DNA from: an uncultured Dehalococcoidia bacterium
GTDB taxonomy: Bacteria > Chloroflexota > Dehalococcoidia > SZUA-161 > SpSt-899
Assembly: GCA_965612975.1 (NCBI GenBank)
Contig: CBFDTP010000002.1
Coordinates: forward strand, 1 to 41,865
Direction: 5' to 3'
DNA: 41,865 bases
Within the stretch, counting starts at the first letter, position 1. Every line of letters begins with the position of its first letter. The position numbers were made by a program, and so were the translations under genes. Of this stretch, positions 1 to 10,965 are shown piece by piece. The notes under the pieces were generated by a model, which saw only the letters and a program-made list of their open reading frames with translations, was not told the DNA's origin and did no database searches.

Positions 1-68
1 TTCAAGCAGAAGACGGCATACGAGATCATGCCTAGTCTCGTGGGCTCGGAGATGTGTATAAGAGACAG
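1..68. other. Illumina Nextera P7/i7-side library adapter (technical sequence, not genomic)
   Basis: Reads CAAGCAGAAGACGGCATACGAGAT + 8-nt index CATGCCTA + GTCTCGTGGGCTCGG + AGATGTGTATAAGAGACAG (transposase mosaic end). The ORF-track start MYKRQ is its translation. Confidence 0.95.
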
Positions 69-452
69 ATTCAGACCTATACCCCGGAGCACTACGCCGT
101 GCAAGCTGCCGCTCAACAGAGCTTCGAGACGTTTTACGAACAGGAGAGCGAATTCCGCCGTCGTTATCATAACCCTCCCTTCACTCGGCTGGTCCGTCTG
201 ACCTTCTCCCACACGAACGAGCTTCGCTGCCGGCAGGAGGCAGAACGGATGGCCCGTTTCCTGCGGGAGGAAAAGGATTCCCACGGACCCTCAGATTTGG
301 ACATCCTAGGCCCGGCCCCGGCCTATGTCCCTCGAATAAGAGGCCACTGGCGCTGGCACATCATCCTGCGAGGAAGTGACCCCCGGACCTTTCTCTCCGA
401 ACTGCCCCTGCCCCCGGAATGGGTGGTGGATGTGGACCCGGTGGAGTTGTAG
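69..452 (+). CDS. priA: Primosomal protein N' (PriA), C-terminal fragment truncated by the contig end and adapter
   Basis: The C-terminal pattern PPFTRLVRL...ILGPAPAYVPRIRGHWRWHIILR...VVDVDPVEL matches the PriA C-terminal domain (E. coli ...[21 protein letters not shown]...VDVDPIE). The 5' part of the gene is missing. Confidence 0.8.
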   Translation: MQTYTPEHYAVQAAAQQSFETFYEQESEFRRRYHNPPFTRLVRLTFSHTNELRCRQEAERMARFLREEKDSHGPSDLDILGPAPAYVPRIRGHWRWHIILRGSDPRTFLSELPLPPEWVVDVDPVEL

Positions 453-455
453 GGG

Positions 456-1091
456 CTAGTCGGGGCTAACCAGTGCCGCGGCAAAGAAATCGGCCACTTT
501 GGTGCTCAACTCCTCCACGTAACCCCACCAGAAATGATCTGCCCCGGGGATGATCTCCAGCTCCTTGGGCTCCGGCAGCCCAGCTACCCGGCGACGTAGC
601 TCCTCCAGATCTACGAAATCGTCCCGCGAGCCACAGATGAAAAATTTGGGACGATGGAAATTTTGAAGCAGTTCCGGGGAAGAGAAGAATGGCGACACCC
701 CAGCCAGCGCCTTCACTCGGTCATCCTGGTCGGCCACCGGCAGTCCGACTATGGTGCCAAAGGAATAGCCGCACAGGCCAAGCCGGGAGCGGTCAACCAC
801 TTCTTGCTGGGAGAGGAAGTCAAGGGCAGCTCTCGCATCCTCCCGTTCTCCTACCCCCTCGGCGTAGCTTCCCTCGCTCCTCCCCACCCCGCGAAAGTTA
901 AAGCGGAGGCTGGCTATCCCCCTTGTTTTCAAGGCCCGACAGATCGATAGGATCACTGGGCTATCCATCGTTCCACCATAAAGGGGATGGGGGTGACACA
1001 CGACTACCCCTGGGAATGGCCCCGGGGCATCGGGCCGGTGAAGGACTCCTTCCAGGGTAATGTGGCCGCAGGGAAAGTTAACCCTTTTCAT
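456..1091 (-). CDS. Alpha/beta-fold hydrolase (COG2945-like)
   Basis: Has a GYSFG nucleophile elbow (GxSxG) and an HPHPLYGG motif. The likely start is ATG at 1091 (MKRVNF...), preceded by GGTGGGGGA. The longer track ORF to 1145 overlaps the rarA coding end. Confidence 0.75.
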   Translation of the reverse strand: MKRVNFPCGHITLEGVLHRPDAPGPFPGVVVCHPHPLYGGTMDSPVILSICRALKTRGIASLRFNFRGVGRSEGSYAEGVGEREDARAALDFLSQQEVVDRSRLGLCGYSFGTIVGLPVADQDDRVKALAGVSPFFSSPELLQNFHRPKFFICGSRDDFVDLEELRRRVAGLPEPKELEIIPGADHFWWGYVEELSTKVADFFAAALVSPD

Positions 1092-2406
1092 TCCCCCACC
1101 ATCGATGGAGCCTGGCTTTGATCTCCTTCTCGAATCCCTCGTCACTGGGTCGATAATACCTCTTGTCCTTCAGTTCATTGGGCAGATTCTGCTGCGGGAC
1201 AAAGTGGCCGGGGAAATTGTGGGGATAGAGGTAACCCTTCCCATAGCCCAGCTCTCGCATGAGCTTGGTCTCCGGGTTGCGCAGGTGGAGGGGAACTGGC
1301 GGGTTGTGGCTCATCTTAATGTCCTCCTGTACTCGGGAATACGCCTGGTAAAGGGAGTTGCTCTTCGGAGCGGTGGCCAGGTAAACCACCGCCTGAGCCA
1401 GGGCCAGGTTGGCCTCCGGCATCCCCACGAAATGGACTGCCTGCTGGGCCGAGACCGCCTGAACCAGGGCCTGCGGGTCGGCTAGTCCAACGTCCTCCGA
1501 GGCGAAACGAACCAGTCGGCGGGCAATGTATAGCGGGTCTTCCCCGGCCTCCAGCATCCGCCCCAGCCAGTAGAGGGCGGCATCGGGGTCGGAGTCGCGC
1601 ATGGATTTGTGCAGGGCGGAGATGAGGTTGTAATGCTCCTCACCGGCCTTATCATACAGCAGGGCTCGGTGTTGAAAAGCTTCCTCAATGACTGCCAGCG
1701 TGATGCGTTTCTTCCCCTCGGCGTCGGGAAGGGTGGCCGCGGCGGCCATCTCCAGGGCATTCAAGGCCACCCGGGCATCTCCGTTCGACATCCTCAAGAG
1801 GTGGCTCAGGGCATCCTCGGTGAGCTCGATGTTCTTTCTACCAAGCCCCCTCTCCTCATCCTCCAAGGCTCGTCTGATGATAAGGGCAAGCTGCTCCTCG
1901 GTTAGGGGCTTCAGGGTGAAGACACGACAGCGGGAGAGGAGCGGGGAGATCACCTCGAAGGAGGGATTTTCCGTGGTAGCTCCGATGAGGGTAATAGTGC
2001 CATCCTCAACGTAGGGGAGTATGGCATCCTGCTGGGCCTTGTTGAAGCGATGGATCTCGTCTATGAAGAGAATGGTTCGCTGATTGTACATCCCCCGGCG
2101 CTTTTTGGCCTCCTCCACCACCCGCCGGAGATCGGCCACTCCAGCGCTTACTGCACTCAGGGGAGTGAAGTGCGATTTGGTCACCTGGGCGATGACGAAG
2201 GCCAGGGTGGTCTTGCCACTTCCTGGGGGTCCCCAGAAGATGAGTGAGGGAAGCTCATCCTGTTCGATGACCTGGCGGAGGATTCGCCCCTCGCCCACTA
2301 GGTGCCCCTGGCCCACGAACTCGGCGAAGTTACGTGGCCTCATCCTGGCCGCCAGCGGGGCCTCTTGCTCGAGCTGTTTTTCCCGCTGCAGGTCAAAGAG
2401 ATCCAT
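1078..2406 (-). CDS. rarA: Replication-associated recombination protein A (RarA/MgsA AAA+ ATPase)
   Basis: Walker A GPPGSGKTT, Walker B ILFIDEIHRFNK, and the MgsA C-terminal block (HYNLISALHKSMRDSDPDAALYWLGRML...YLYPH). Confidence 0.92.
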   Translation of the reverse strand: MDLFDLQREKQLEQEAPLAARMRPRNFAEFVGQGHLVGEGRILRQVIEQDELPSLIFWGPPGSGKTTLAFVIAQVTKSHFTPLSAVSAGVADLRRVVEEAKKRRGMYNQRTILFIDEIHRFNKAQQDAILPYVEDGTITLIGATTENPSFEVISPLLSRCRVFTLKPLTEEQLALIIRRALEDEERGLGRKNIELTEDALSHLLRMSNGDARVALNALEMAAAATLPDAEGKKRITLAVIEEAFQHRALLYDKAGEEHYNLISALHKSMRDSDPDAALYWLGRMLEAGEDPLYIARRLVRFASEDVGLADPQALVQAVSAQQAVHFVGMPEANLALAQAVVYLATAPKSNSLYQAYSRVQEDIKMSHNPPVPLHLRNPETKLMRELGYGKGYLYPHNFPGHFVPQQNLPNELKDKRYYRPSDEGFEKEIKARLHRWWGNEKG

Positions 2407-2497
2407 CTTTACGCCCGGAAGTCCCTCATGAGAACCTAATCAAACCAAAGCTCGGAAGCCTTTGGACGAACTTCTCTTAGCGGGGGCTTTGGAATGC

Positions 2498-3016
2498 CTA
2501 CTTGTATCGGCGCACCTGGAAGCGATAGAGCTTTACCGGGTCGTCGGGCGATATCCCGGCCTTGGCACAGGCGATCTCGATCTGCTGATCCACGGTGTCC
2601 ACGCCCTCCAGGTCTGGCAAGAGCAAGCCCCTCTTTCCCTGGTACTCGACCAGCACGCCGTATTTCTTGGGATCAAGCTCGCTTTTACTGGCCACCGGCT
2701 CCGGTTTGGTCAAGATATCAACGCTGTAAGTTAGCTCGGGGAGCTCATTAGGGGTTACCGGGGGGAAACGGGGATCTCGGGTGGCCGAGCTAATGGCGTT
2801 GAAGATGATTTCCTCAGCTACGTTGGGCTTGGTGGGCTCAAAGGTGCCGATACAGCCCCGCAGGACCCCTCTTTTCTTGATCGAGACGAAGACGCCAGCG
2901 CGCTCCTTCATCTCTGGGGTTAGTCTTTTGGGTCGAGCGATCTCCTTTCCTTGAACATACTTCTCCACCGCCTCTTTGGCTAAGGCTACCAAAGGATGAA
3001 GTTTGTCCGAATCCAC
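2498..3016 (-). CDS. amrA: AmmeMemoRadiSam system protein A (AMMECR1 domain)
   Basis: AMMECR1 signature LRGCIGT, ~170 aa, directly downstream of the Memo-like and radical SAM partner genes. Confidence 0.88.
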   Translation of the reverse strand: MDSDKLHPLVALAKEAVEKYVQGKEIARPKRLTPEMKERAGVFVSIKKRGVLRGCIGTFEPTKPNVAEEIIFNAISSATRDPRFPPVTPNELPELTYSVDILTKPEPVASKSELDPKKYGVLVEYQGKRGLLLPDLEGVDTVDQQIEIACAKAGISPDDPVKLYRFQVRRYK

Positions 3017-3062
3017 CGGCTACCTCCTGCTTGGGCTTTCTCAAGTTATCGCGCCAGACTGG

Positions 3063-3866
3063 CTATTTTATTATAATACCGGCATACCCGACCACGCTAC
3101 TGTAGTCGCCCGAGGTCTCCGCGCTGGTCTGGTATTTCACCAGTTCAGCCTCCCTTGCCCCCAGCTGTTTGGCCGCCACGATCAGGGCCACGGTCGGGGC
3201 ATAGCCACACATGGTGATGTGCAGCTCCTCCACTCGCCTGAGGAGTTCATCCTCGTTGAGGGAGAGGATGGCCTCGATGGCCTGGCTGTCCTTTCGCTTG
3301 GCGGTCTCGTGAGGCTCATAGTGCGTCATGTCGCTGCTGGCGATAATGACCACCTGTTTCCCCACCCTCTTAATTGCCCGGGCCATCGCCAGGCCGATTT
3401 CCTTATATACCTCTCCCGGCCCCACCGAGAGGACCAAGGGGACGAAGGTGAGGTCAGGCTTAAAGTACTGCAGAAAGGGGAGTTGCACCTCAATGGAGTG
3501 CTCGTAAAGGTGGGCTTCGGTGTCCTCCCGCAGGAAGCTTGAGCTGGCCAGGATCTCCGCAGCCAACTCGGAATTGATCTTCACCTTGCCCAAAGGGGTC
3601 AGCCAGCTTCCCTCGGTCATGATGCTGAACGGGACTCCGCGACCGGTATGATTGGGCCCGAGGATGACGAAGACGTCGCGGAGCTTGATTCGCGAGATCA
3701 CTGCCCCAGCGACCGGGCCGGAGTAGATGTAGCCTGCGTGGGGACAAACTGCCCCAATGACCTCTTCCCTAGTGACTCCTTCCTCCAGATGTCTCCTTAT
3801 CTCCACCTCGAGCCGGGAGGCCGTTGCCGGATAGAAGCTCCCCGCTACCGCTGGATCCCTGATCAT
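3063..3866 (-). CDS. amrB: AmmeMemoRadiSam system protein B (MEMO1 family)
   Basis: N-terminus MIRDPAVAGSFYPA and motifs PHAGYIYSG and SSDMTHY are typical of the Memo family. The ATG at 3866 overlaps the radical SAM stop (ATGA at 3863-3866). The track ORF extension to 3989 lies inside the upstream gene. Confidence 0.88.
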   Translation of the reverse strand: MIRDPAVAGSFYPATASRLEVEIRRHLEEGVTREEVIGAVCPHAGYIYSGPVAGAVISRIKLRDVFVILGPNHTGRGVPFSIMTEGSWLTPLGKVKINSELAAEILASSSFLREDTEAHLYEHSIEVQLPFLQYFKPDLTFVPLVLSVGPGEVYKEIGLAMARAIKRVGKQVVIIASSDMTHYEPHETAKRKDSQAIEAILSLNEDELLRRVEELHITMCGYAPTVALIVAAKQLGAREAELVKYQTSAETSGDYSSVVGYAGIIIK

Positions 3867-4891
3867 CCCTGCCCCCTTGTCCGGAAATTGAGCTCCGCTC
3901 CGCAGAAGCGGCAGCGTGAGCCCTCCAACCCAAGGAGTCGAGTGGAGTAGCCCACTCGCTCCACTACCGTCCTGCCACAGGAGTAGCAAATGGTGTTCTC
4001 GCCAGGGTGGCCGGGAATGTTGCCCACGTAGATGAACTTGAGCCCCACCCTCTTTCCTATTTGATAGGCCCTCTCAATGGTCGAGGTGGGGGTGGGGGGG
4101 AGATGCTGAAGTTTCCAGTGTGGGAAAAAGCGGGTCACATGCCAGGGGGTGAGTTCCCCCAGGCTGTCGCGAATCCAGGTGGCAATGCCGGTGAGTTGCT
4201 CCTCATCATCGTTCATGGTGGGAATGAGGTTGGTCACCACCTCAACGTGCATACCCCATTTCTCCTTGGCCCTGATGGCCACGTCCAAGACCTTACGCCA
4301 GTTGGTGACCTTGGCCAGGCGGCGATAAAAATCGTCGCTGAATCCCTTGAGGTCCACCCTCCAAGCATCAAGATAGGGGCCAATTAGGTCGAGTGCCTCC
4401 TCGGTGGAGAAGCCATTGGTCACGTAAACCGTGTAGAGGCCCTCCTCCTTGGCCAACTTGGCAGAATCCAGGGTATACTCCAGCCAGATCCCAGGCTCGT
4501 TGTAGGTCCAGGCAATTCCCTGGCAACCATATTGTTTTGTCAGCCGCACCGCTTCCTCGGGAAACAATTTCTGTGAGTCTCGCTCCCTCTCCTGAGGTGT
4601 CCGATGCGAGATCTCCCAGTTCTGACAGTGTAGACAGTGGAAGTTGCAGCCCCAGCCACCCAGGGAGAAGACCTGGCTGGTGGGATAGAAGTGAAACAGC
4701 GGCTTTTTCTCGATGGGGTCTATGGCCACGGAGGAGATCTCGGCGTAATTCAGTAGTTCAAGGGTGCCCTCTCGGTTATAGCGCACCCGGCAGAGGCCGA
4801 ATTGCCCTGGGTTTATAATGCAACGCCACTGACAGACGTGGCAGCGGCACCTCGAGCCGCTTAACCTTTCGTAGAGGATTGCCTCTCGCAA
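3863..4891 (-). CDS. amrS: AmmeMemoRadiSam system radical SAM enzyme
   Basis: CNFHCLHCQN is a CxxxCxxC radical SAM cluster motif. There are Cys-rich N-terminal (CRCHVCQWRC...CRVR) and C-terminal (CYSCG...CRFCG) segments. The gene is first in the three-gene cassette. Confidence 0.88.
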   Translation of the reverse strand: MREAILYERLSGSRCRCHVCQWRCIINPGQFGLCRVRYNREGTLELLNYAEISSVAIDPIEKKPLFHFYPTSQVFSLGGWGCNFHCLHCQNWEISHRTPQERERDSQKLFPEEAVRLTKQYGCQGIAWTYNEPGIWLEYTLDSAKLAKEEGLYTVYVTNGFSTEEALDLIGPYLDAWRVDLKGFSDDFYRRLAKVTNWRKVLDVAIRAKEKWGMHVEVVTNLIPTMNDDEEQLTGIATWIRDSLGELTPWHVTRFFPHWKLQHLPPTPTSTIERAYQIGKRVGLKFIYVGNIPGHPGENTICYSCGRTVVERVGYSTRLLGLEGSRCRFCGAELNFRTRGQG

Positions 4892-4959
4892 AAGTCCTCC
4901 TAATTGAAGAATCCGCGTGATCGGCGACCAGGGGTCATGCCTTGAGAGCCTGAATCGGC

Positions 4960-6102
4960 TTACCTGCCTGACTGAAGGAGCTGCAGCTGCTTGCCCTCGG
5001 TCTTTATGCTTGGGGCGGCCACGACCTCCACTTGGTGCATTTCCTTGATAGTCCTCGCTCCGCAGACCCCCATTGAGGTTCGCAGCGCACCGATCAGGTT
5101 CTGGGTGCCGTCGGTGACCCGGCTCGGCCCGAAGAGTATCTGCTCCAAGGTTCCGGTGATCCCGACCTTAACTCGTGTCCCCCGAGGCAGGGCCGCATGT
5201 GGTGTGGCCATGCCCCAGTGATATCCCCTCCCGGGAGCCTCCTTGGCCTGAGCCAGGAGGGAACCGAGCATTACCGCATCGGCTCCACAGGCAATCGCCT
5301 TGCAGATGTCTCCCCCGCTGCGCATGCCACCGTCGGTGATGATGGGGACATATCTTCCGGTCTCCCGGAAATAATCGTCCCGGGCAGCGGCACAGTCCAT
5401 GGTCGCCGTGCCCTGGGGGATCCCTACCCCGATGACCTCCCGAGTGGTGCAGGCCGCTCCCGGCCCCACGCCCACCAATACCCCGGAAATCCCCGTCTCC
5501 ATCAGTTCCTTGGCCGCACTATAGGTGGCGCAGTTCCCCACCAGGATGGGTACCTTTATCCACTCCCGGAGCTCGGAGAAGATCAGCCCCCGATAACTTT
5601 TAGAGATGTGACGGGCGGTGGTCACAGTTGACTGCACCACCAGGATGTCCATCCCCGCCTCAGCGGCCAGGGGAGCCAGGCGCTTGGTATTGGCTGGAGT
5701 CACCGCTACGGCACAGATGGCCCCACCCTCCTTGATGGCCTTCACCCGCTCGCCCACCAGGTTTTCCTTGATGGGCTCGGAGTACCTCCTCTGGAGCAGC
5801 TCGGTGACCTCCTCATCCGGCGCAGCAGCGATCTCCTCGAGCACCTCGTCGGGATTCTCGTACCGGGTTTGAATTCCCTCCAGGTTGAGAACGGCCAAGC
5901 CTCCTAGCTGGCTCATCCTGATGGCAAAGGGCACATCCACCACCCCATCCATGGCCGAGGCCAGAACGGGTATGGCAAAGCTGAACCCCTCTATTTGGAA
6001 GCTGACATCGGTCTGGTCGGGGTTGAGGGTGATGTCCCCGGGAGCGATGGCTATCTCGTCGAAGCCATAGGCGTAACGCAAAACCCTGCTTGAACCTTTC
6101 AT
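4960..6102 (-). CDS. IMP dehydrogenase family protein (GuaB3-type, no CBS insert)
   Basis: IMPDH TIM-barrel blocks (GFDEIAIAPGD, LASAMDGV, GVGPGAACTTREV.GVG.PQ). The likely start is ATG at 6102 (MKGSS), downstream of the predicted promoter. The track start at 6165 would lie upstream of the predicted transcription start site (TSS). Confidence 0.8.
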   Translation of the reverse strand: MKGSSRVLRYAYGFDEIAIAPGDITLNPDQTDVSFQIEGFSFAIPVLASAMDGVVDVPFAIRMSQLGGLAVLNLEGIQTRYENPDEVLEEIAAAPDEEVTELLQRRYSEPIKENLVGERVKAIKEGGAICAVAVTPANTKRLAPLAAEAGMDILVVQSTVTTARHISKSYRGLIFSELREWIKVPILVGNCATYSAAKELMETGISGVLVGVGPGAACTTREVIGVGIPQGTATMDCAAARDDYFRETGRYVPIITDGGMRSGGDICKAIACGADAVMLGSLLAQAKEAPGRGYHWGMATPHAALPRGTRVKVGITGTLEQILFGPSRVTDGTQNLIGALRTSMGVCGARTIKEMHQVEVVAAPSIKTEGKQLQLLQSGR

Positions 6103-6155
6103 CTGCTCTTCCTTTCCCTTAAATAATTGGCTCAAAAAGCTGCGAGGTTTAGAAT

Positions 6156-6184
6156 ACCTTAGCACTCCCGTAGGGCTTTGTCAA
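6156..6184 (-). promoter_or_regulatory. Candidate sigma-70 promoter for the IMPDH-family gene (TTGACA-17-TAAGGT on the minus strand)
   Basis: The reverse complement of 6179-6184 is TTGACA, followed by a 17-nt spacer, and the reverse complement of 6156-6161 is TAAGGT. Confidence 0.4.
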
Positions 6185-6211
6185 GCTTTAAAAAAATTTT
6201 TTGAGAAAATG

Positions 6212-6240
6212 TTGACAAAATTTTGTTAAGAAACTATAAT
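6212..6240 (+). promoter_or_regulatory. Consensus sigma-70 promoter for the cbpA-hspR-clpC operon (TTGACA-17-TATAAT)
   Basis: TTGACA at 6212-6217, an exactly 17-nt spacer, and TATAAT at 6235-6240. An AT-rich upstream tract spans 6187-6211. Confidence 0.65.
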
Positions 6241-6259
6241 CGTGCTGAGGTGGTGTGCG

Positions 6260-7132
6260 GTGGCGTTTAAGGACTATTATCAGATTCTGGGTGTAAGGCG
6301 AGGGGCGTCGGAGAAGGAGATCAAGGAGGCCTACCGACGCCTGGCTCGGAAGTACCATCCGGATATCAACCCGGGTGACAAATCGGCGGAGGAGAAGTTC
6401 AAGGAAATAAACGAGGCCTATGAGGTTCTCTCCGACCCGGAGAAGCGGCGTAAATACGACCAGTTCGGAGAGAACTGGCAGTTTGCTGAGCAGTTCGCCC
6501 AGGCGGGAAGTGGGGGTCATTTTGGTGGCTTTCGGATGGGCGATGTCATCTTTGACTTTGGGAGCTCCAGTGGCTTTGAGAGCCTCTTCGATGACCTCTT
6601 CAGCAGCTTCGGCTTTGGCCGACCGAGAAGCCGAACGCGGATCTGGAGCCAGCCCCTGGAGCAGGAGGTGGAGATCAGCCTGGAAGAAGCCTTTCACGGC
6701 ACCACGAGGCTGATAGCCGTTGATGGTCACCGCTTGGAGGTCACGATCCCGCCGGGGGTGGATACCGGCTCCCGGGTTCGGGTAGGTGGCCGGGCAGGTC
6801 ACCCGGAGATATATCTGAACATCAAGGTTCAGCCTCATCCGCGTTTTGAGCGGCGGGGGGCTGATCTTTACACCGAGGTGCCGGTTTCCCTGACCGATGC
6901 GGTGTTGGGTGGTGAGGTGGAAGTACCCACCCTTAAGGGGAAGCTGATGTTGAAGATACCCCCGGAGACCCAAAATGGTAGGGTCTTTCGCCTGGCAGGT
7001 CAGGGAATGCCCCATCTGGGGAACTCGGGGCGTGGGGACCTCTTCGTCAAGGTGAAGGTGATCTTACCGACCAATCTCACCCCGCGTGAGAGAGAGCTCT
7101 TCGAGGAACTGCGGAAACTCCGCTCGAGGTGA
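6260..7132 (+). CDS. cbpA: J-domain co-chaperone, CbpA/DnaJ class II type (no zinc-finger domain)
   Basis: J domain DYYQILGV...YHPDINPGD...[19 protein letters not shown], a G/F-rich linker and a DnaJ C-terminal domain, with no CxxCxGxG repeats. GTG at 6260 with GAGGTGG 6 nt upstream is preferred over the track start at 6242, which sits at or before the predicted TSS. Confidence 0.85.
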   Translation: MAFKDYYQILGVRRGASEKEIKEAYRRLARKYHPDINPGDKSAEEKFKEINEAYEVLSDPEKRRKYDQFGENWQFAEQFAQAGSGGHFGGFRMGDVIFDFGSSSGFESLFDDLFSSFGFGRPRSRTRIWSQPLEQEVEISLEEAFHGTTRLIAVDGHRLEVTIPPGVDTGSRVRVGGRAGHPEIYLNIKVQPHPRFERRGADLYTEVPVSLTDAVLGGEVEVPTLKGKLMLKIPPETQNGRVFRLAGQGMPHLGNSGRGDLFVKVKVILPTNLTPRERELFEELRKLRSR

Positions 7133-7136
7133 AGCG

Positions 7137-7481
7137 ATGGAAAGTAGGGCTGAGGAACCACGTTACGCCATTGGGGTAGCGGCCAAGCTCATTGGCGTCC
7201 ACGCTCAGACCTTGAGGTATTACGAGCGAATGGGCGTGATCGAGCCAGCGCGCTCGCCGGGCAAGCAGCGACTTTATTCTCTCCAGGACATCGAGAGGCT
7301 GCGGCAGGTGAAGACGCTGATGAACGACCTGGGGGTTAATCTGGCCGGCGTGGACGTCATCCTGCGCTTAAAGCAGCGAATTGCCGAAATGGAGGAGCAG
7401 ATACGGCAGATGGAGGCCGAGATAAGGAGACTTCGGGCAGCCAGCGGCTTGGTGGAAATTCGCCGCGATTTTGAAGTTTAA
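7137..7481 (+). CDS. hspR: MerR-family heat-shock repressor, HspR-like
   Basis: MerR helix-turn-helix (YAIGVAAKLIGVHAQTLRYYERMGVIEP.R....RLYS..DIERL) plus a C-terminal coiled coil. It lies directly after the J-protein gene, as in cbpA-hspR operons. Confidence 0.8.
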   Translation: MESRAEEPRYAIGVAAKLIGVHAQTLRYYERMGVIEPARSPGKQRLYSLQDIERLRQVKTLMNDLGVNLAGVDVILRLKQRIAEMEEQIRQMEAEIRRLRAASGLVEIRRDFEV

Positions 7482-7507
7482 GTTTTATCATCAAGGGGGC
7501 AAAGAAG

Positions 7508-7843
7508 ATGACCAAAGAACAAAAGGAGCAAAAGCTGGTGCCAAACTGGCAGGTTACGGCCACCACGATTTACTGTGAGGCGGTGAAGAACGAGGCTACG
7601 ATAATGGTCTACAAGGACTGGAGCACGGCTTGTGCCTATTATAAAAGGTGGGGGCCAGTTCAGCGGGAGAAGAGGAAGGGGATCGGGGCTCTGCTCGTCT
7701 GGCTAGGGATCCTGCCCGAGGAGAAACGTACTCCGGCAAGAGAATGTCCGGGCCCGGAAAAATGCCCCCAGATTTTGGAGTACCGGGATAAGCTTTATCG
7801 GGAGGAGGAAGAATTGATGAGGAGAACCTCGGTCGTCTCATAG
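7508..7843 (+). CDS. Hypothetical 111-aa protein (4 Cys, Lys/Glu-rich ends) between hspR and clpC
   Basis: The ORF has a good RBS (AAGGGGG, 8 nt upstream) and tight spacing in the operon. I recognise no family. Confidence 0.55.
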   Translation: MTKEQKEQKLVPNWQVTATTIYCEAVKNEATIMVYKDWSTACAYYKRWGPVQREKRKGIGALLVWLGILPEEKRTPARECPGPEKCPQILEYRDKLYREEEELMRRTSVVS

Positions 7844-7858
7844 GACTCGAGGTGAAAG

Positions 7859-10300
<2,442 letters not shown>

Positions 10301-10330
10301 GCGCTGGCCAGGTACAATATCAAGCCAGTC

Positions 10331-10404
10331 GGCCCCGTGGTGTAGTGGACTAACACGCCAGCCTGTCACGCTGGAGATCGAGGGTTCGAATCCCTTCGGG
10401 GTCG
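10331..10404 (+). tRNA. tRNA-Asp (anticodon GUC), no encoded CCA
   Basis: The cloverleaf was folded by hand. The acceptor stem is GGCCCCG/CGGGGTC with one G-U pair. The anticodon loop is CTGTCAC, the T-loop is GGTTCGAATCC and the discriminator is G. Confidence 0.9.
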
Positions 10405-10447
10405 CTTAATAAGCTAGGGCAAGGTAAATCGCTTTTGAGGGTTTGTG

Positions 10448-10487
10448 ATTCTGCAAATCCTCGAAGGGATTTGCAGAATTTTTATTT
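10448..10487 (+). terminator. Rho-independent terminator
   Basis: A perfect 13-bp stem, ATTCTGCAAATCC (10448-10460) with GGATTTGCAGAAT (10467-10479), has a 6-nt loop and is followed by TTTTATTT. Confidence 0.85.
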
Positions 10488-10505
10488 AATTTCAAGGAGG
10501 GTGGC

Positions 10506-10805
10506 ATGTTGACTGTAACTGCGCAAGCGGCGGAGAAGCTGAGAGAAGCAGTACAAGCCCAGACAAGCGACCCTGAGATGGCCATCAGGCTGGTTCGGGA
10601 TCCGCTAATGCCTAATCGCCTCAACATGGAGTTTGATACTGTCCGTGAGGATGATCAGGTCATTGAAAGTGAGGGGACAAAGGTGTTGTTGGTGGATCCG
10701 GAGCTGGCCGCGGCGCTTGATGGCATGGTGATAGATTGCTATGAGACGCCGATGGGCACCCGGTTTACCATCTCGGAGGCTGGTCCAACAGAGCAACAAG
10801 GGTAA
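10506..10805 (+). CDS. HesB/IscA-fold small protein lacking the C-terminal Cys motif
   Basis: The N-terminus (LTVTAQAAEKLREAV) and length resemble HesB/IscA-like proteins. It has only one Cys and no CGCG tail. The RBS AAGGAGGG lies upstream. Confidence 0.45.
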   Translation: MLTVTAQAAEKLREAVQAQTSDPEMAIRLVRDPLMPNRLNMEFDTVREDDQVIESEGTKVLLVDPELAAALDGMVIDCYETPMGTRFTISEAGPTEQQG

Positions 10806-10936
10806 GCTTTTCCTTCCTCCACCATAATCCAGAAAGCCGCTCGCTGATGTAGCTTCCAGCCGCATGACTGGTAGGTGTACTGGTTAGGTTGAAGATTCCC
10901 TCGGTGAGTCGGTTAGGTGAGGTCTAGCTAGGTTGC

Positions 10937-10965
10937 TTGACATCCCGGATTTATTCTTCTAGTAT
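10937..10965 (+). promoter_or_regulatory. Candidate sigma-70 promoter for the zinc-ribbon/AOR/ferredoxin operon (TTGACA-17-TAGTAT)
   Basis: TTGACA at 10937-10942, a 17-nt spacer, and TAGTAT at 10960-10965. Confidence 0.55.

Noticed and set aside
3867-3989. 5' extensions of track ORFs: Memo to 3989, LarE-like to 27351, Thi4 to 30590, ACAD to 34039, MoaD-like to 33213, hydrolase to 1145 and IMPDH-like to 6165.
   Set aside because: The extensions run into the upstream gene or a predicted promoter and encode non-homologous sequence. In every case an internal ATG with an RBS or an ATGA/TTGA overlap gives a protein of the normal family length.
6177-6219. The inverted repeat TTTGTCAA-N27-TTGACAAA, considered as a candidate HspR operator.
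   Set aside because: The two arms are most simply the -35 hexamers (TTGACA) of two divergent promoters, each with a plausible -10 box at 17-nt spacing. The 27-nt separation is also too long for a MerR-type dimer site. The canonical HAIR (CTTGAGT-N7-ACTCAAG) is absent from the promoter region and from the other intergenic regions I read by eye. This was not an exhaustive scan.
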